A stretch of 64,000 nucleotides of DNA from Eledone cirrhosa. Taxonomy: Eukaryota. Positions 1 through 12,172 of this stretch are shown here, piece by piece (position 1 is the stretch's first letter; each line of letters begins with the position of its first letter). The stretch covers positions 76,632,001 through 76,696,000 of the forward strand of contig OZ024747.1 of assembly GCA_964016885.1 (NCBI GenBank), given 5' to 3'. The notes beneath the pieces are model-generated. The model saw nothing but the letters and a program-made list of their open reading frames with translations. It did no database searches and was not told where the DNA came from. Both the position numbers and the translations under genes were made by a program.

Positions 1-223
1 AAATGGTAGAATCTTTAAGGAATTGAATAAAATGTCTTACGGTGTTCTTTATGGTTCTCTGTGCTCTGGGTTCATTTCCCACCGAGGTCAAATTTACCTT
101 TTATCCTTTCTTCGTCTTCGTCCTCATCATAATCATCACCGTCCTCATCATTATTATAATCATCAGCATCATCATCATCATCAACCTCGTCATTATCATC
201 ATCATTATTAACATCATCATCAT

Positions 224-668
224 TACTGGTACTTTATTTTATTGACCCCATAAGGATGAAAGGCAAAGTTAACCTCGGCGGGATTTGAACTTAGAATGGC
301 AAGGGCCGTAACTCTATGCTTTGACGTTACGGCCCTTGCCATTCTGAGTTCAAATCCCGCCGAGGTTAACTTTGCCTTTCATCCTTACGGGGTCGATAAA
401 ATAAAGTACCAGTAATACACTGGGATAATTGCTGGCCTTGTGCCAAAAAGTACAAACAATTACTAACATCATCATTGTTTGCAGTTCAGGATTGGCAGTA
501 CGGTAGAGGCTCTGACACCATGATTTGCAGCAAAGAGTTACGTCCCTTTATTGTCTGAGTTCAAATCCCGACGAGGTTAACTTTGCCTTTCAATCTTACG
601 GGGTCGATGAAATAAAGTACCAGTAATGTACTACGATAATTACTGGCCTTGTGCCAAAAATAGAAACA
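224..668 (+). mobile_element. Two stacked tRNA-derived SINEs, the first with an inverted duplicated 5' part
   Basis: 224-311 is the reverse complement of 325-412. B-box gagttcaaatccc, core ctttgcctttcatccttacggggtcgataaaataaagtaccag, and tail ggccttgtgccaaaaa..gaaacaattatt. The flank attattaacatcatc occurs three times (one copy with a mismatch). Confidence 0.85.
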
Positions 669-1764
669 ATTATTAACATCATCACCATCGTCATCATTTT
701 CATCATCATTATCATCATCATTATTAACATCATCATCATCATTATTCTCATCATCATCATTATCATCATGATCACCATCCTCATCACTATCTCACCATCC
801 TCACCAGCATCCTCACTATTATCATCATCACCATCGTTGATCTGACGTGCTTTATCCCAACCCCCATCAGCAATATATCTCAACACGTAAGGACTATTAG
901 TATCAGATGAATATCGACGACCTTAAAAACTGTTGAGAGACGACGACTGAACTAATGGAATGGGCCTTAGTCGGTTGCGATGATGAGTGTTCTAGTTGTT
1001 CGGTCAATGGAACACCCTGCTGGCTCATGAAATTGACGTGCAAGTGTCTGAGCATTCCACAGGCGATTGCACCCTTAATGTCATTATCAGGGAGATTTAA
1101 ATTGAGGGGTAGCTGAAACGTTCCTAGGCTGAGCAAGATACTCTCATGGAATGACCAAATGAGGTTTAGTTTTCAACATAGTCCCTAACTGGAAAGAAAC
1201 AATGCAGTTATTGATGAGAAGAGTTTAAATTAATGTATGCAAGATTTCACAGCTCTAACATCACCCCTTCGTAGTCAGCCTATGAATGTTTCAGCCTATT
1301 CTCGAGTGTGTGTAACAAGGCTCGTCCTTTGAATTAAAGATACAATCTATCCGACGGACTTTCACATATTTTCCGTCCACAAAATTTCACTCACAATCAT
1401 GGGTTTACTTGAGGCATTGATAAATGAATTTTATGCAAGATACTGAGTGGGATCGAACACGGGACTTATTGATTGCGAAGCGAATTTATCGATCTATGTG
1501 TCCATGATGCTTTATCTTGTTGTTTAGCCTTAGATCAATTATAATTGAGCAGTTTTATTGTTAAAAGCATTCCAGCTCTGATCGTTCCGTCAATTTTCTT
1601 GGATGGTGGGCTGCAATGTCTTATCTAGAACTACATTATCTAGAGTCTTTTATTCTAAGGCGGTTTCTAATTGGGGGAAGATTAGCCAGTTATCTTAGAG
1701 GGTCGAAAGATCGAGTATCGGTTCCCTCGCTGTCCAATGTATTCGGTATCGATACTCAATGGCA

Positions 1765-1819
1765 ATGGTAGTGATAATGATGGTAATCGTAGTAATGATG
1801 GTGATGTTGATGGTGATGT

Positions 1820-1851
<32 letters not shown>

Positions 1852-1947
1852 ATGATGGTGATAGTGATGATGATGATAGTGACAACAACGACGACGACCA
1901 TGATGATGACGACGATGATAACCACGACGACAACGACCATAATGGTA

Positions 1948-2045
<98 letters not shown>

Positions 2046-2046
2046 A
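1765..2046. repeat. (GAT)n microsatellite
   Basis: Direct inspection. Confidence 0.95.
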
Positions 2047-3494
2047 AAGAGAGTGGTTGGGATTATTACGAAAAGGAAAAAAAGGACTTTGAAGTGAAGT
2101 ATAATAAAACAAAGGACGATCGGAAAGACATGAGTGATTTCAGAAATAACACATAACTAACTCTTACACACACATATTAACATGCACACATATATATATA
2201 TGTAGCACACCTACACCAATGTACACACACATATATTAACATACACACATATATACATATATATATTTACATATACTTAGCACACCTACACCAATATACA
2301 TACACATATTAACATACACACATATGTACATATACTTAGCACACCTACAGCAATATACACATACATACAGGTACTCAAACACATGTACACATTTACGCAC
2401 ACAAGTAGTGTATAGTAAATGAAATTAGGGAGCCAGCACGACAAATGGCTGAGCTATAGTGCCTAAATAATCCTTAGAATTAATTCTCTTTGACAGAATT
2501 TGAGACAACAACGGACTGGCAGCAAGGAACGGAAGAAACCAGAGTAAAAGAAGAACACTTCTAAGAAAGATAACAGCAAATATAAACACACACTGTCATG
2601 TATACATACACACATATATACATATACACATCCGCAAAGGCACACACGCATATGTATACATACACACACATATATATATATACATATCCACAAACGGACA
2701 CACACGCACGCAGAGACACACGTACACAAACACATAAAAACACACAACACTCGCATACATATACACATATGTATACGCATGTGCTCCCATGTATACACAC
2801 TCTCATATATATATATATACGCACACACTCATGCATATACACATACATGCAAACGCACACATGCTAAGACACCCAAACAAGCCTATACATATACATAAAC
2901 ACACACACAAACGCACACACACATATATATACATACAAGCCCATATACACACACACACAAACACACACACAAACACACACAAACACACACAAACACACAC
3001 GTACACACATAAAATGACACACGTACACGTACACACGTACATACACACACATAAACGCACTAGAATAAATAAGAACGGAGTATAATACAACCACAAAAAT
3101 GATTCTAAAATAAACCCAACAAATAAACATATTTTAGAAACAAAATGTCTAACATAGCTTTTAATGTTGGCCATACGAAACACGAGAGAATGGCGGTTTG
3201 GAGTTCCATTGCTCTTTGCCGATGTCTTCCATTTTGGATTTCTATATTTGATTTTGTTTGTGTTTTGTTTATTTATACATCGTTCATAACATTCTTGTAG
3301 GTTTTGTTTTGATGTTTGTATTAGTACTGGATTTTTTTTATTTGTTTCATTTTTTTTTAAATATGAAATACGACCTTTTATTTATACGAAGTTTATCTTT
3401 TGTTTGTGCGTGCTTAATTGTATGTGTGTACCTTTGTTGCGTGTGTGTGCCTGTTATACCACAGTTTTTTTTTTAGAGTTTGCGTATCGCTCTT

Positions 3495-3529
<35 letters not shown>

Positions 3530-3618
3530 CTATCTCTCTCTCTCCCTCTCTCCCTCTCTCCCTCTCTCTCCCTCTCTCTCTCTCTCTCTCCCTCTCTCTC
3601 TCTATATATATATATATA

Positions 3619-3815
3619 GGAACGAGTAGGACCCGACGGCTGAGCTCAAGCCGTTTCGACGGCTAATTCTGGACTGAGTCCAGAATTAGCCGTCGAAACG
3701 GCTTGAGCTCAGCCGTCGGGGTCCTACTCGTTCCTATTACCCACTCTACTACCCTAAGTATTGAGTACTTTGGTACGTTATGGTCCACCTGGTTCCTTAC
3801 CACATTTCCTTCGTT
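3619..3815 (+). mobile_element. Fold-back (TA)n-inserted element, Penelope-pLTR-like (also 17186-17378, 19368-19497, 34112-34303, 56897-56955)
   Basis: A ~115-bp near-perfect palindrome plus a unique 3' tail. It contains the hammerhead 3' half GAAACGGCT(tgagctc)AGCCGTC and has (TA)n on both sides. Confidence 0.7.
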
Positions 3816-4078
3816 ATATATATATATATATATATATGGTCCTGTAAATCATGATCGAGTCGTAGGGGGAGCCATATTGACTTACGGCATTTTTAGGGCA
3901 TTTTAAAACCTGGCGGAGCTCATCTCCTCTTCAGGTCTGAATACAATAGACCTTTTTTCTAGAAAAGGATAAGCTGTGAGAGAATGGAATTAAGGAAGAG
4001 ATGTATAGAAAGAATCGAGTACTTCACTGTTACTTTATTTATCGACGTCGAATGGATGAAAGTCAAAATTGAGCTCGG

Positions 4079-4167
<89 letters not shown>

Positions 4168-4370
4168 GTTTAATATAGACATGGCTTCTATAGGACTAGA
4201 ACTGTTTCATTCAAAAGAAATCTTCAGGAAAACCTTTCCTGGTGATTTCTTTTGAATGAAACAGTTCTAGTCCTGTAGAAGCCATTTCTATATTAAACTT
4301 GATGTATACACTCTACTAATGTATTGAGTACCTTACTAATTGCGGTTACCCCCAATTGAACCCGGGTCTC
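4168..4370 (+). mobile_element. Fold-back (TA)n-inserted element; related copy at 34332-34497 on the minus strand
   Basis: Palindrome at 4168-4298. The tail atgtattgagtaccttact...aacccggg is shared between the copies. HHR-like remnants CTGAAGA/GAAACAG..GTC are present. Confidence 0.62.
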
Positions 4371-5497
4371 ATATATGTTTGTGTGTGTATATATATTTAT
4401 TTATATACGTATATATTTGTATGCTTATGTGTTGCATGAATGTTTGTGTGAGTGCGTGTGTGTGTGTATATGTGCGTGTGTGCGAGTGTGTGTGTCCCGT
4501 GTTAGTCTGTATAACTGTAAAGTGAGTCAGTGTACATGTGTGCATACGTATATATATGTTTATGTCTGTCTATGTGTGTGTTATGGATATTTAAGTGAAT
4601 CTTCTGGTTTCAAATATACCACTCAACATTTCCATTTCCACAACCACTCTTAAACTAGTTGAGTTCATTTTCTTCCCAACACACCCTAAATTGATGTGAC
4701 ATCTACAGATAGAATTTCGTCCCAAAGAGGTTTTAGTGACTTTTGTGAAAAAGGGACATAAAAAACCATGTAATTCAATCCATTAGTTAGAACAACAAAC
4801 GTTATTTACTGTCGAAATTTCAACATATGGTGTGTTAAGAACTAATACTGTTGTGTGAGGCTCGATGTCTCAACAGAATATATACTTTATCGTCTTCGTA
4901 AATAACATTATTAAAACAATACCACTAATGGGAGAAAATGGTCTCGCAGCCATATAAGATATTTCACCGATATAATATTTGTTGACGTGCTATATAAAAC
5001 GATCTTCCTTTAAACAGCACCTAGCCCTCCCATTCCACACACACACACACACATACACACACACACATTCATACACACACACACAGACATGCATACACAC
5101 GCACACACAGACACATACATACACACACACGCATACATACACACATACACTCACATACACACACACATACATACACACACACACACGTACATACACATAC
5201 ACGCATACACACACACACACATACATATACACACGCGCGCACATACATACACACACACAAACACACACGTTCACACACGCACACATCCGACCCGACAGAA
5301 AAACATGGGTTGTGGGGAGGTTATGAAGACTTAATGCATTCTTCATTAGAAATCAACATCTGTCATCTTTTTACTGACTTCAAACGTCGAACACCCCCCC
5401 CCTCCTCTACGCAGGAGCACAACTTGCAGGAAATAGGATCCAAATCTCGTCAACCTCATTAACATCATCTCTTTCAGCAACACCATCATCATCATCA

Positions 5498-5684
5498 TAA
5501 TAATTGTTTCTACTTTTGGCACAATGCCAGCAAATACCCAGTGCATTACTGGTACTTTGTTTTATCGACCCCGTAAGGATGAAAGGCAAAGTTAACCTCG
5601 CCGGGATTTGAATTCAGAACGTGAAGGGCCATAACTCTATACTGCAAAGCATGGCGTCCGACCCTCTACCGATACAGCCAATAC
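5498..5684 (-). mobile_element. tRNA-derived SINE
   Basis: Same head, core and tail as 489-668. Confidence 0.85.
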
Positions 5685-6184
5685 ATTAATATATTGTATG
5701 GTTCTGTAACTCCTAAGGGAGTCGTAAGGGCGCAGTACTGACACGCGGCGTTTCTGTGGCATCTTAAGCCTGGTACAACCCATCTCCTCTCTAGATCTTA
5801 GAGACCTCTCTCACATGCAGTGAAGATTTCTTCCAGAGAAGGATAGAGAGGGGAAATGAGAGAGATACATAGAGGAAGAATCGGTGAAGCAGCACGCATA
5901 CTTCCACATTTTATATTCGGCGGACAAGTCGACTCCTGGTTTGGGAGAGATATTTTTAGGCTCCAAATGTCGATTTGTACGCCGGCATATACGATATATA
6001 TATTATCTTAAATAAACTGATCTCTTTAATGTTGTAATGGAGGACTAAACACATAAGTGTTGCTACCTACAATACCAATATTTAAACTAATATATATCAT
6101 CATTGTACTGTATTGTTTTACTGTAGATATTTCCTTGTTGACGTTTCTCACCACACAGATATACATATATATATATATACATAA

Positions 6185-6255
<71 letters not shown>

Positions 6256-6420
6256 TTATTTATTTATGTTTATGCACGGGACAAGAGAGCTACCTACAGC
6301 AGCGCGTATGAACATAAATATATAATATAATATATCAACTCTTTTCCCGATTGAGCAGTTTTCCTTTTCCTTTTTCACACCTACGGATATTTCTACCTGC
6401 ATATATATATATATATGTGT

Positions 6421-6489
<69 letters not shown>

Positions 6490-6768
6490 TGTGCATGTAG
6501 CTCTTTAAGCTATAAATTCATATCTGCACACTAGCAGTAGAGGAAGCTGCGAGAAGTGTGTATGTAAACATGTAAACATGCTTTATTCATGTATTTCTGC
6601 TGCTGCTGTTGCTGCTGTCACTGCTGCTACTACTGCTGCTGTTGCTGCTGCTGCTGCTGCTGGTGTTTTTCAGCTGTATTGACTGGAGTAACTTGAAAAA
6701 ACAACTTGCTGCCCGGTCCGGGATTAGAACCCCCGATGTTATGATTGTAAACCTTTTTTTTTTTCCTT

Positions 6769-7058
6769 TGGTCCCGTAACTCCTGATAGAGTGGTAGGTG
6801 CACCGTATTGACATACGGTGTTTCTTAGGCATTTTAAACCTTGCAGAGCCCATCCCCCTCCAGGACTGAGTACAGCAGATTTCTTCCAGAGGGAGGAAGA
6901 ATCGACCTCAGTACTAGACTGCTACTATGTTTATCGACCTCGAAAGGATGAAAGATAAATTTGACCTCGGCGGGATTTGAACTCCGAGAGCAAAGAGCTG
7001 AAAGGAATGTCATAAACCATTCTATCCGACCTTCTAACGACTCTACCAATTCGTCGCC
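6769..7058 (-). mobile_element. Long-tailed SINE variant (also 3838-4080, 5699-5940, 55938-56245)
   Basis: The same SINE core (tttatcgacctcgaaaggatgaaag..ttgacctcggcgggatttgaactc) is joined to a different ~150-170-bp 3' segment shared by four loci. Confidence 0.62.
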
Positions 7059-7760
7059 GAGAGTAAACACAACATGATAAATAACCATTATGCCACCCGT
7101 ATTTTCACCACCTACAAAGATACTGTTGTATTGGCACGACGAATAAATATCAAAAAGAAATGGAGCCAGATTGAAGTGAATGAGTTTGAATAAGAAATGT
7201 CAGCGATGCTGGTTACTTCCAACAGATGCTGTCTGTTAATTTATTGGTGAATTTGGATTGTTAGTGAGAAGATCTACTCTAAAATTAGACACAACGTTCA
7301 GAACACGATGGTGTAGTACTGTTTCTATTTATAAAATTATTGTATATTTTATTTAATTTATCTTTATTCTATATATATATGTGTAAGTATATATACATAT
7401 ATATATACATATAAATATGTGTATGCACAAATAGATAGATATGTTTCTTTTATTTGCCACAAGGGCATCAAAAGTGGGACAAGTACAATGGGGGGAGTTT
7501 ACAAAACAAGGCGTCCTCAATAGGGAGGAGGCAATAACAATATATAAAAATAAAATAAAATATAACAAAAAATAGAATTATAACAAAATCCTCAATAGAG
7601 GATTTTGTTATAAAATATAACAAAAAATAAAATTCATAACAATATCCTCAATAGAGAGGAGGCGCCTTGGGGGGTCGCACACACCCCCGAAAAAAGTGTG
7701 CAACCCTTTTCCTCAGGAGCACAGAGACGGGGTGCTCCCTCGTTCCTTCCTCTTTTCCAC

Positions 7761-10700
7761 CTACAGGCTCATGTAAAGAGAAGGCCCATTCACATGGGCC
7801 ATTCTCGCCACTTTCACCCACCTTTCATAAAAACGACTGGGGTGCAGCACCTCTCTCTCCATCCTGATCCTTCTTCCGAAATGATATCGGAAGAAACGGA
7901 CCAGTTGTTGGCCAGAGAGAAAGGTGCCTGACCTCAGTCCTTTCAGACGCGTCCACCATACAACCTCTTTCGCCATGGCTATTACGCACAGAAACACCGC
8001 CTCTGCTTCATCTTTGAAGGGGGGAGGCGGCTTGATCATTACAATAGACTCGGTGGTCAACCGGATCGGTCCCACCCTTGACAACAGTTGTTCGACATAG
8101 CCCCACAGATCGGCTACGCCCGAGCAGTGTACCAATGCGTGTGCAACGGTTTCCTCGTCGCACACGCATCTGGGACAGATCTTTTTGGCGGGGTCCCTAC
8201 CCGGGCGCCCGTGTCTGTAGAGCCTTTCTCGAACGGGTAAAGCTCCTCGGTAGCACTGCCAGGCCAGGGACTTCTGGAAGTTGTCCATAGGTCCCGGGCT
8301 GAATGTCCTACCGAACAGGCTGGCCAGTTCGTCCTCCTCCATGTCTAGGGCTTCTCCGAGGGCGTCGTCGCACCTGCTGCGTACCAGCCCTCTATAGAAT
8401 GTTGCGATGGAGTCTCCACTGATAACCGGGTCCGCCTGCCAGAGGTCGGTGAGCGCCTGGGCACACTCAGTGTGCCAGGCGCCCAGTTTTCTCGGTCTTT
8501 GCTTGACCCAGGATTGCAGCTTGGTGAGTGAGACGAGTCTGGGAAAGGTTCGTCTCACAAACGAGGCCCACACCGGTTGTCCGGTGAGGAATACGTAGAG
8601 GTGCCGTAGCCTTAATGCGTGTTTACGCATCATTAGCCACGGCATCCCCAGCCCTCCTTTCGAAGGGTGTTGACAGCAGATGGATCTCCTCACCATAGGA
8701 GCCCACCTCTTCCAAAGGAATTGGAAGAGCGCGCGCTCCATCTTGGTGAGGGTTTCCCTTGGGCAGGGCACTACGGTCAGGCGGTAGTAGATGACGGACG
8801 CTATGTAGGTGTTCGCCACCTCCGCCCGACCTTTCAGGGATAGTTTGCAACTGGCCCACTTCTGGGTCAGTGCAAACACCCTGTTCGTAACCTCCGCCCA
8901 GTTTTTCTCCACCTGGAGGTCCGGTCCGAACCAGACCCCGAGCAACTTCACCGGGCCCTCCGTCCAGCGTCCGACGACGCCATCGGAGGGCATCGGTCTG
9001 CCCCTCCACGTGCGGAGTTGCAAACCGATCGACTTGTCCCGGTTCAGCTTAGCCCCTGTGAACTTTTCGTACTCCTCCAGTAAGGTGCCGACCGCCTCGA
9101 TTTCGGAGGCCGTCGACACCATTACTGTCACGTCATCGGCGTAGGCCGACACCGCTTTCCGCAATCCCGGTTCCAAAGGGATGCCCTGCAACAACTCCAA
9201 CTTCCGCAGTAGTGGCTCGAGAGTCAACACATACAGAAGGGAGGAGAGAGGGCACCCTTGTCGGATGGACCGCGCAATTTTGAACGGCTCCGAGAGGTAG
9301 CCGTTCACCTTGACCCTAGAGCAGATGCGGCTGCTGTGCATAGCAGTGATCCAGCCCCTGAAAACGGGTCCGAAGCCTGCCGCCGCTAGCACCGCATCCA
9401 GGTAACCATGGTCGACCCTATCGAACGCCTTAGATTGATCCAAGTTGATCAGAGCCCCACCAAAGCCGGGTTCGTTCCCAACCCTCTCTATGATGTATCG
9501 CATGAGGTGGAGGTTGTCATGGATGGACCTGGACGGGATAGCGCATGTCTGCGCATCTCCCACCAGGTTGCCCACGACAAGCGCCAACCTCTTTGCTAGC
9601 ACCTTGGCCAAAATCTGTAACTCTGTATTTAGCAGAGTTATGGGCCTGAAGTTACTTATTTCGTCCCCCTTGTTCTCGTCCTTCCTCACTAGCGTGACTA
9701 CGCCCTTGGTCACAGTACAGGGAATTCTCCCGTTCTGTTGCCAGTTGCAGTAGACCGCCTCGAGAAGATCGGGGAACAAGTCCGGCATAGCTAGATATAA
9801 TTCGTAAGGAAGACCATCGAGACCCGGGGATTTGCGTTTGCCGCATTGGCTCAGCACGTCCTCTATCTCAGCGGCCGAAATCGGCTCCTCGCAGGACTTC
9901 GCCTCCCTGTCCGAGAGGCGCGGCAGGCCGTCGAGGTATGGACCGAAGTCCACGTTCCCAACCGGCTCCCCGCCCCTCCCGAACAGTCGGGCAAAGTGCC
10001 TTTGAAAGGCCTCACACATCTGCTTAGGCTCAAGAATCGCCCGTCCCTCCAGGTCTCGCAAAGACCGGATGGTGGATTTAGTTCCACTGTTGGCCTCTGT
10101 CACGCGGGCCCAGCTAACAGCGTTGGTCCCCTCGTTCCCTAGAGCACGTATTTTACTTCGGACAACGCAGCCTTCGTGCTTCGCGTCGAAAAACTGGCTC
10201 AAAGCCGTTCTCGACGCTAGCACTCTGGCCACGTCGCCGCTTCTAATTGCCTCTTCTACTCTATCTATTAGCTCCCTTTCCTTCCTATTCCTATCCGCAG
10301 CTAGAACCTTACTAAACTCTATCGAGACTACTCTAATCTCTCTCTTTAGAGATACCCACCACCTGCTGTTGACGATCGCTCCAGTCAACCGTTCCTTAAC
10401 TAACGTACTAATCCGATTCCTGTAGGCTCTACTTGCCGGCAAGGACAAGTTGAGCTTCCAGTAACCGGGGCCCTGTCTATGAGATCTGTCAAGGTTGACC
10501 ATGCAGGTCACTAATTTGTGGTCTGAATAGCCAACCATGCGCATTTTTGGACAACTTAAAAAGTCCTTCTCCTTAATTCTAACTAAGAACCTATCTAGGT
10601 ACGACCTAGATGATCCGCTACGATTTGCCCAAGTCCAGGTTGGCGCAGTCGGAAAATCTAGTCGATATCTATCGGCCAGGTCAAATCGACCGATTAACCC

Positions 10701-11198
10701 TTTGAGGCTATTACACCCCTCTCTATCGGGGCAGGCCCCTACGTAGTCCCAGCGTGCATCTAGGATACCATTCCAGTCCCCCACTAATAGCAAGGAGCGG
10801 GACGTCCCTAGAAAAGTCTCCAGACGATGGAAGAAGTCCGGCCGCATTGACCCGAAAGGGCCGTAGGCGGCTACCAACCTAAACGCTCCGCCTTTACCAC
10901 TGCCAAGGTCCAGAACCACTAGTCGACCCTCCGGGTCCAAATGTACCATCTGTGTTGCGAGACCCAGATGTTTTTGCAGCAGAACGACAACTCCACCCCC
11001 ACCTCCGGGCTGACAGAGAGATACGTGCATCTCAAAGTCATCAAAGGTGGGGGCCAGCTGTCGCACGTTGCTGATCCGGGCCTCGCAAATAACCATCACA
11101 TCTATACGTTGTGACCTGAGGTCATTTAGAAGCATTGCTTGCTTCCAAGTTGAGCCCAGGCCACGCGCATTTAAACAGCCTACTCTTAGCATAGCCAT
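7761..11198 (-). CDS. LINE ORF2p (endonuclease, RT, zinc finger), open reading frame intact
   Basis: Motifs LNARG, GDWN, SDH, QGCPLS, YADD, CPRC..ETVAHALVHC. Clearly homologous to 42046-45465. The first ATG is at 11198; the ORF track starts upstream at a GTG. Confidence 0.96.
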   Translation of the reverse strand: MAMLRVGCLNARGLGSTWKQAMLLNDLRSQRIDVMVICEARISNVRQLAPTFDDFEMHVSLCQPGGGGGVVVLLQKHLGLATQMVHLDPEGRLVVLDLGSGKGGAFRLVAAYGPFGSMRPDFFHRLETFLGTSRSLLLVGDWNGILDARWDYVGACPDREGCNSLKGLIGRFDLADRYRLDFPTAPTWTWANRSGSSRSYLDRFLVRIKEKDFLSCPKMRMVGYSDHKLVTCMVNLDRSHRQGPGYWKLNLSLPASRAYRNRISTLVKERLTGAIVNSRWWVSLKREIRVVSIEFSKVLAADRNRKERELIDRVEEAIRSGDVARVLASRTALSQFFDAKHEGCVVRSKIRALGNEGTNAVSWARVTEANSGTKSTIRSLRDLEGRAILEPKQMCEAFQRHFARLFGRGGEPVGNVDFGPYLDGLPRLSDREAKSCEEPISAAEIEDVLSQCGKRKSPGLDGLPYELYLAMPDLFPDLLEAVYCNWQQNGRIPCTVTKGVVTLVRKDENKGDEISNFRPITLLNTELQILAKVLAKRLALVVGNLVGDAQTCAIPSRSIHDNLHLMRYIIERVGNEPGFGGALINLDQSKAFDRVDHGYLDAVLAAAGFGPVFRGWITAMHSSRICSRVKVNGYLSEPFKIARSIRQGCPLSSLLYVLTLEPLLRKLELLQGIPLEPGLRKAVSAYADDVTVMVSTASEIEAVGTLLEEYEKFTGAKLNRDKSIGLQLRTWRGRPMPSDGVVGRWTEGPVKLLGVWFGPDLQVEKNWAEVTNRVFALTQKWASCKLSLKGRAEVANTYIASVIYYRLTVVPCPRETLTKMERALFQFLWKRWAPMVRRSICCQHPSKGGLGMPWLMMRKHALRLRHLYVFLTGQPVWASFVRRTFPRLVSLTKLQSWVKQRPRKLGAWHTECAQALTDLWQADPVISGDSIATFYRGLVRSRCDDALGEALDMEEDELASLFGRTFSPGPMDNFQKSLAWQCYRGALPVRERLYRHGRPGRDPAKKICPRCVCDEETVAHALVHCSGVADLWGYVEQLLSRVGPIRLTTESIVMIKPPPPFKDEAEAVFLCVIAMAKEVVWWTRLKGLRSGTFLSGQQLVRFFRYHFGRRIRMEREVLHPSRFYERWVKVARMAHVNGPSLYMSL

Positions 11199-11222
11199 GT
11201 TGGTGGTGAAGAGAAAAGGCAC

Positions 11223-11872
11223 TTACCTCTCTGCGTCCCGGGTATCGGGCTGCACAATTTCCATTAGGGTGGGGGATGGGTTGTTGGGTGGGGTGGTGGT
11301 TTGTGGAAGTGTGGGGGCATCAGTGTGTCGTGTGGTTCGGGAGCTTGGAGTTGTGTGGGTGTTTGGGGAGGGGGTGGGATAGTTTTTTAGGAGGACGCGG
11401 TTAATGGGCCCGACGCAGGGGGGACCCACGTCCTCTTTAAAATTGTTTTTTAAAGTTTTATAGGTGTCCTGTGGGGCCTTAATCATTTTGAGGTGGGGAA
11501 AATCCCCTGCCTGGGTGAAGTTAGGCCCTTGTGTTTTTATTAGATTGTTGTTGTACACAATGTTTAACAGTTTTTTGTTTCTTGTGTTTATGTATGTGTA
11601 TGCATGTTTTTGTTTTTGTGTGGTGTTTTTTGTTTGCTGTTGTTGTGAGCTCTTTTGTGTTGGTGTCAGTGTTATGTTTTGGGGAGGGTTTTTTTTCATT
11701 TGTGTGTCTGAGGTGTGTTTTCTTTTTTTTCTTTTGATTGTGTGGAAGTGCTCCTCCTCGTCTGACGACGAACTAGGGTCATCTTCCGCGTTGGAGGGGA
11801 GGGGGTATATTTTCGGGTTGTATTTGCGGTACGGGTGTTTTGGAAATTGTTTTTGTTTGCACAAATTGTTTT
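11223..11872 (-). pseudogene. C-terminal fragment of LINE ORF1, cut by the 5' truncation
   Basis: INTRNKKLL...YKTLKNNFKEDVG...GPINR aligns by eye with INTHNKKLM...YTNIKTKFPNAVG...GTINR in the other copy's ORF1. Confidence 0.8.
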
Positions 11873-11975
11873 TGTATGCACAAATAGATAGCTAGCTAGA
11901 TAGTTATATGTAGGTTTGTAGGTGTGTATATATATATATAAGAAGAAATTAAAAGATGGTTAAAAAAGTTCCATG

Positions 11976-12046
11976 TATTTTATTATGCGTATTTCAAAAA
12001 CAAATATCATCTTGGGACGATATTTGCGTTGTCATCAGATAAAATA
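11976..12046 (-). ncRNA. Type I hammerhead ribozyme in a short (TA)n-flanked element (11941-12110)
   Basis: Reverse complement: tattttat-CTGATGA-caacgcaaatatcgtc..gatgatatttgttttt-GAAA-tacgca-TA-ataaaata. Sister copy at 61655-61725. Confidence 0.75.
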
Positions 12047-12106
12047 GGGAGACATGATATGATGCTTAAAAAAAACACTTGTGAGGTGAACAAGGTAGTG
12101 TCTAAT

Positions 12107-12172
<66 letters not shown>

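Larger units (their letters stand above)
7439..11872 (-). mobile_element. 5'-truncated Tx1/L1-clade retrotransposon with a 19-bp TSD
   Basis: TSD tgtatgcacaaatagatag at 7420-7438 and 11873-11891. The 3' end on the minus strand reads cccttgtggcAAATAAAagaaacatat. Confidence 0.92.

Noticed and set aside
1737-2156. Asp-rich acidic ORF resembling biomineralisation proteins
   Set aside because: It is a translation of (GAT)n with no signal peptide or splice evidence.
8078-11895. Antisense and alternative-frame ORFs inside the LINEs (also 40019-45516)
   Set aside because: They are shadows of GC-rich coding sequence.
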